A DNA stretch of 64,000 nt from Cetorhinus maximus (Eukaryota): contig NC_135893.1 of assembly GCF_964194155.1 (NCBI RefSeq), positions 21,018,001-21,082,000 on the forward strand. The letters run 5' to 3'. The notes beneath the pieces were generated by a model, which was not told the origin of the DNA, ran no database searches, and saw only the letters and a list, made by a program, of their open reading frames with translations. Below, one piece after another: positions 58,306-64,000 of the stretch (position 1 is the stretch's first letter; each line of letters opens with the position of its first letter). Both the position numbers and the translations under genes were made by a program.

Positions 58306-61238
58306 CCTGTCATTGAGAGAGCATGAGGTTGTGCCTTCAGGAGGGGAGAAATTTATGAAGAATAATTTATTTTTTTAAACAAGCTTTACATTAGAAATAA
58401 TGAACAGAGGAAATCTTCACAAACATTTCAAACGCCGTTACATAGCTTTGGCTGGATTCAAAACTCTTTATGTTAACAGGCCATTTTTTAAACAAATCTC
58501 TTTTGTGAGGTTTTCATGAGATTTTATTTGGTCAGGTTTAGGCATTAGCAGCTCCAATATTTGCTGGAGAGTTTAGTTTGCATTTTGCTTTATTTGATTT
58601 TTTGCAATATTTATCTTGATGTGAAGCTTAATTTGTATATAAATATTTGTAGTATAAATTGTTGTGATCATTCGAAATTTGGCATTCTTGCATTTGTCCA
58701 GATGAGTGCAAGACAAAAAGGTTCAACAACATGACTCTTTTCAACAAAATCCAAGTTCTGTGCAAACAAGCAACTGTTTAAACAAAAATTGATCGAGGAG
58801 TTCTTACTTCTATATCGTCTAGCCTAAAATGCAATAAGTGCTTAGAATTTGTTACCTTGTATTCACAGAGCACTTTCACGAAAAAATGTGAAACTTCCCC
58901 CAGAGCTGTATACTTTTGCAGTTTTTATAATTATTTCCATACAAAGCTCCTTTAGTTTGGAGATACCACCATACGTCCTTCCTATTTCTTTAACCTCCCA
59001 TTAAAGATTCAATTTGGCTCAACTTTCTATAGTATTAACTTAATGAGATGTGTTTTCCTTGGGCACTTGTTTTGCATGGCACAATATGTAGATCCTGCAA
59101 TAGGCTCCTCAACATTTTCCATAGCGGTTTACGGCACTAAAGCAGGTCATTCAGCCCATTGTGTCTGTGCTGGCTCTTTACAAGAAGAATCCCGAATGAG
59201 TCCCACTGCCCTGCTCTCCCTTCATAGCATTGCATCCAATTGCCTTGCACATCAGAGTCATAGCACAATCATCTGAAATTTCAAACTTGCATAATATTGC
59301 GCAAAGCAAGACATACAGTGACCTATCCCTAAGTGTCTGCAATATACTGCAGTTTTACAGAAAACGTCCCAGAAACAGTAAAGACATATGCACAGAAGCA
59401 GTCTCAGGTGATCATCCACCCAAGCTATAATGTAGATAACCTTGCCCCCATTTCTTTAATAAAAAATATTTGACTGTTTTCTTAGCTTCCAGTTCATCTT
59501 CCCCTTTCCCCTGAGATTTTCATGTTATTGCATTTTGGTGATGATTGTTTCTTGCACTTAAGAGTCACAAAATGGAACACTTTCCCATCTTAACTACGCC
59601 ATTTTGACTTCAAGCATTCCCAGACTGGCACAGCCAAGTTAACCTTCCTCTAAGATGCCCAACAATATGCCTCAGATCCAAACTCAAGAGTATCATTCCC
59701 GTTGAACATTTTTCCCTTTGCCATATCAGGCGTTAATTTATTTGCAAGTAGTACTATAACCAATTGTCTCTCTCTCTCTAATGGAGGGAGATGCCTATAA
59801 TCTTTTGCAGATCATGGCTAATTACTTGCTTACTGAATTAAGGTCAATATTTGGCTTGAAACCTATACTCATGAGGAACTGTACTGCCAGTTTCGCATAG
59901 AATCTTCACAAGATCTAGCTAGCACCTTTCATCATTGCTGCAGCCTGCTTTCAAACTTAAGAGTCCAAGGCTCAGTGTGCCAGCCTACTGCAGCTTTTCC
60001 TATCTTGTCTCTTTCTCAGTGTGTCTGTTTCTTCAACAATATGTTCCTGATTTCCACAATGTTTATAAAGTCAAGGTCAGTGTAGGACAATTTCTGGTTG
60101 TAAGCCTTCTGTTTTCCCAGCACCCTCCCCCAGGCTTCCACTAAGCTACTTAATACTGAATAAGCTATCTCTTGTTGACACGTCAATTATGAATGAGAAC
60201 TTTAATGCCAGTAATTTTGAGAAGTGCACTGTATTCAATAAAGGCTGAAGGTGTGAATATTTTGTTCAAAACTTGCAGAGAATTCAGTTCTGATCTAATG
60301 GTCGGGACAGCCCATTAACTTTAACAAGTGCAAACAACAGGACAAAGCGCAAGCCCACTGTTTTCCCTAGCGTCCACCATTCACACATATTCCTCATCTT
60401 GCACTAGCATTCTAACTGTAGAACTGCCTACATGAAAGCCTAAAGCCATTTCTCAGGTTTCTCAAGAGGTTGAATTGTTTTTGTATTCACAGTGGTCTGA
60501 CAGCAGGATGGAGGAAGTATTGTCCAAGAGGGAACTCAAGCCTCTTTGTAAATCCAGGGAAAAGTAGGGACAGGCCAGAGGAGATAAGCAGGAGCCAGAG
60601 TGCTACACACCTCTGACTAAAAATGGAGCAAACCGTTCATGAGTTCCACATTTAAACAATGTTACTAGAATTTACTTTGCCAGTATAACACATTTTTGGA
60701 CAGACAGAAATATTTTTGGCCAGACACAAACAACTGGTGTAATGAACTATTTCTCAGCTGTCCATATCCCAAGTTAAGCTGCTTGATCTGAAGGAAGGAT
60801 TCCAACTCTTAAGGCCTTGACATTGAATAGGAACAGCTCGTCAATGAGAACATTGTTCCGAGGAATAGATGGTTATCAAGCCACTTTTTATGCTTCCATA
60901 AGTCACTACAGAAAGTTCACCCGTATGAGCACTGAAGTAGTATTCAAGCTGTCGAATATGAGAAATGGCATGAACTTGATGGGCAGAATGGCCTCCTTCT
61001 GTACTGTAAGGACTCAATGAAATGCTATACGTTTGTTCCCATTATATTTCCCAGGCCCCCCTCAGGAATGTATAGAAGCATATTAACAAATAACATACAG
61101 TATTCCAAGTAAAGCCAATTCATAATGAGGTCTGATGAAAAGTGCATGATCAATGAACAGGTTTGTTCTCCAGTTCAGGTATAGGCACTGAGCTGTCAAC
61201 TTGAGATCAATTAAAGACCTCTCTCTACCCACGATTGG

Positions 61239-62745
61239 TCAGTTCTTTACTTGCACTGATGTGATATCCTCAGATACTTCCTGCACAGGACCCTTTACAT
61301 CTTGTTTGATCCCAAAACACCGATGGAAACCTGTAATTAACAATGCAGTAAAATTCCATGTTAGTTATAAGGTGTGCCTGTCAATTTCTTTTGGATGAAA
61401 AAGTTACTAAATAAGTTTGCTTTCTATTATTCTACTCAGGCTGTTTCTTTCTTCTAATTCAATTAAAAATTGGACAGGGTCAGAATCCAGGTGTAAAAAG
61501 ATCACCCTACAGAACACCTTTCAAACTAGGGTGGAAAAGACAAGAATGGCATAAAGTTTTCCCTATTGCCTGCTCAGCCAGCTCTTTATTCCACACAGCA
61601 TCCTGGAAACAGAATTGAAGGCATTTACCATCACAATATTTGTTGTGGCTCCATTTTTTTTTAAGCAACATGTCTTCTTTCATTTTGCATTATAAGCAGG
61701 TATTATGTGGCAGTCCCCTATACAATACCCCAAGTTTGCTAGGTTGCACTTAAAGGTTAAACTTTACAAAGAGGAATTTGAGGCTTCCCCTCACCCCTCA
61801 CCCCCCCCCCCCCCCCCCCCCACCACCAACCTCCAAATTCCATCACAGTTTTGGTCCTGTTGTTTATCATCCCCACAATTAAAAATGATTTAGCATATGT
61901 AGTCTTGACGTGCTTGACTCCGCCAAACAGGCTAGCTGTCCCTCCCTCTGCATGCAGGCATGCTTTACCACCTTCACTTGGCTGTCCATCTCATGTTCCT
62001 GACTGGCTTTGTTTACGAACGTTAACAACTAGAGAAGGATCATGGATTATACAAACGAATATTTTGCAGGCTAATGACAGGAGTGAATGGAACTGCAATA
62101 ATGCAGGAAGGTAAGATCTGGACATCACATGAAATAGAGGGCAGCCAAGAATGCCATCAGGCATTTGAGGTCAGCTGTTGAGGTGAGGTGCAGATAGTGA
62201 TGCAGATCGCAAACCTACAACATTGTGCAGGTACTGGGCCCCGTATCTAGGAAGCTTGCAACCGGATGTGTGCTGGATTTGGGGATTTTACAGATTTTGG
62301 GCCTAGCATGTACTTATAATACATAAAATAAAGTATGAAAAATAAAGAATAAAGGGGTTACATTAAATTGCTATCCAGGGCGCCAGCTTTGAATGTTCTT
62401 GGGTCCTTCCGGATTTTGGGACACTGGATAAGGGGGTCCTGTGCCCGTAACTAGTTGGAACATCACCTTGATATTCATCGATTAAGCACCATGGAGAGTA
62501 GATTTTGATTCCAGCCTGTACCTACTGAGGGGCTTTTGTTTTTATATTTGTAGAAATGAAGCATAATGGCATTGTGAAGCAGATAAAGAAAATAAATGAA
62601 GGGGTGATGTCTTTGAAAACTTCTATGTCCTCACCTTGTTTTTTCACTCCAAGGTTCATTTTTCCCCTCTTAATCAGGAAAATGAGAAAAATCACAGCCG
62701 CCACAGCGATGACACTGATATAAAATTTGACTTCTACGGACAAGG
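61239..62745 (-). CDS. 3' part of a single-pass type I receptor, TNF-receptor-superfamily-like: complement(join(61239..61330,62635..62745)); 5' exons not found in the window
   Basis: tctctttag|CC-LSVEVKFYISVIAVAAVIFLIFLIKRGKMNLGVKKQ-G|gtgagg (111 nt, phase 1-1, transmembrane segment plus basic stop-transfer). It splices to ttacag|GT-FHRCFGIKQDVKGPVQEVSEDITSVQVKN-TGA. PVQE fits the TRAF2-binding consensus (P/S/A/T)x(Q/E)E. Confidence 0.7.
62228..62447. mobile_element. Tc1/mariner (Tigger/pogo-like) MITE in the last intron of the receptor gene
   Basis: Imperfect TIRs caggtactgggccccgtatctag / ctggataagggggtcctgtgcccg, followed by TA. Confidence 0.6.
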
Positions 62746-62849
62746 CTAAAGAGAAAAGACAGTGTGATATTGAAGTGGTCTACATTTCAAAATTTTAAAC
62801 ATCTCAAAACGTTCATTTATTAATTACTAGCACTTTTGTCACCATGGAA

Positions 62850-63140
62850 GCAACAACAACTGGCATTTATATAGAGCCTTTAATATAGCAAAATGACCCA
62901 AGGAGCTTCACAGGAGCCTTCAGGACATATTAGGACAGGTGACCAAAAGCGTGGTCAAAGAGAGGTATTAAGATATGTTTTTAAAAGGAGGGAAAAAGAG
63001 TCTTAGGGAACGAATTTCTGAACTTAAGAGCTGAGACAGCTGAAGGCACGGCCACCAGTGATGAAACAAAGGAAACCAGGGATGCATGGGAGTCCAGAAT
63101 TGGAAGAATGCGGAGTTCTTGGGGCACAACCGTGAATGCC
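62850..63140 (-). mobile_element. L2-clade LINE 3' end
   Basis: caacaacaactggcatttatatagagccttt tail (shared with the Deu SINE) and cagctgaaggcacggccacc (minus strand GGRAFSC). Confidence 0.7.
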
Positions 63141-63341
63141 TGTATATAATATGAAACATGTCTCTGGTGGCTTAGTGAAAAAATCTGCTGCTTAGTGTGG
63201 CTGCAAATCATAAAAACATAAAGCTTGCAGGTTCTATACTTGCCCGTATGTTGCTTGCCCTTGATCGCTGTCCAATGGACTGTGCTTGCAAATCTGCAGA
63301 GCTGAGCCTCGCTCTACCCCTTGGATATGATACCCCAATCT

Positions 63342-63660
63342 GTCTTTCAAATGAGAAGTTAAACAGAGGCCTTGTCTACCTTCTTAGGTTGTTGTAAAAG
63401 AATCCATGATACTCTTTGAAGAAGAGAAAGGGAGTTCTCCCTAGTTTCCTGGCCAATATTTAACCCCAACCAATATCACTAAAAACAGACTATCTGATCA
63501 TTATCACATTGCTGTTCATGGGACCTTATTGTGCAGAGATTGGCTGCCACTCTTCTTACAATATAACAGTGACTACACTTCAAAAGTACTTCATCTGCTG
63601 TAAGATACTTTGGGATGTTGTGAGGTTGTGAAAGATGCTATAGAAATGCAAGTCTTTTTG
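63342..63660 (+). mobile_element. Deu-domain SINE
   Basis: atgagaagttaaacagaggcc...gaagaagagaaagggagttctccc...cctggccaatattta...gtgactacacttcaaaagtacttcat...gctatagaaatgcaagtct. Confidence 0.8.
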
Positions 63661-64000
63661 AAAAGACTTAGGCTCTTAGAATTAGGATCAGCCGATCTTG
63701 ATCCCAAAGGTTTTCGGGCAACTGGCCTTCACGCTTCTGGCTCCTGCATGAGGATACGCCTCTTGTGGGAGAGCTGCAAGCACTCATTCAATGATCTGTT
63801 TGCTCCTTCCAGGGAAAATAAAAAGAAATCCTGGGCTTGGAATTCCTGTGGGATTCCTCCGGCTGGAATTGTAGCCATGAGCTGTGTTTCCACGCCTGAG
63901 CAGGATTGCTGCTACTCTTCCAGAAAAGTTACTGCTGCGTAGAGAAAAATCCCTGGCCCTGATGTTTAATTTACACAGTGTTAAGTGTAATGATGGAGAC

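Noticed and set aside
62522-62743. 73-aa ORF with two hydrophobic stretches as a small membrane protein
   Set aside because: A consensus donor G|gtgagg at 62635/62634 ends the exon; the second hydrophobic stretch is T-rich intron.
1-64000. Prokaryotic-type systems (CRISPR arrays, operons, defence islands), and tRNA, rRNA or snoRNA genes
   Set aside because: The DNA is intron-containing vertebrate sequence. No regularly spaced direct-repeat array was seen, the tRNA-like A/B boxes are SINE heads, and no convincing C/D or H/ACA architecture was recognised by eye.

Overview
This is vertebrate nuclear DNA; the repeat families point to a cartilaginous fish, probably a shark. It is not prokaryotic, so most ORFs in the supplied track are spurious or repeat-derived. 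Four spliced protein-coding genes were reconstructed by hand. (1) INTS11/CPSF3L is complete, minus strand, 17 coding exons, 244-33007, 601 aa. (2) CPTP/GLTPD1 is complete, plus strand, 2 coding exons, 34942-38978, 213 aa, head-to-head with INTS11 across a GC-rich promoter. (3) An unidentified 10-finger C2H2 zinc-finger gene lies on the plus strand at 47694-53031. (4) The last two coding exons of a minus-strand single-pass receptor with a PVQE TRAF-type motif, probably a TNF-receptor superfamily member, lie at 61239-62745; its final exon is absent from the ORF track. Introns and intergenic DNA are rich in CR1, L2 and RTE LINE fragments, Deu-domain and other tRNA-derived SINEs, MITEs and Penelope-like elements. 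The most unusual observations are three. A 2.3 kb Penelope insertion in the last INTS11 intron forms a ~0.8 kb inverted repeat with a hammerhead-ribozyme-like motif in each arm. A 96-bp Penelope fragment duplicated the INTS11 exon-4 splice donor via its target-site duplication, creating a frameshifting alternative donor. The TNFR-like and zinc-finger genes sit where mammals have TAS1R3. All coordinates were read by eye and no database search was run.
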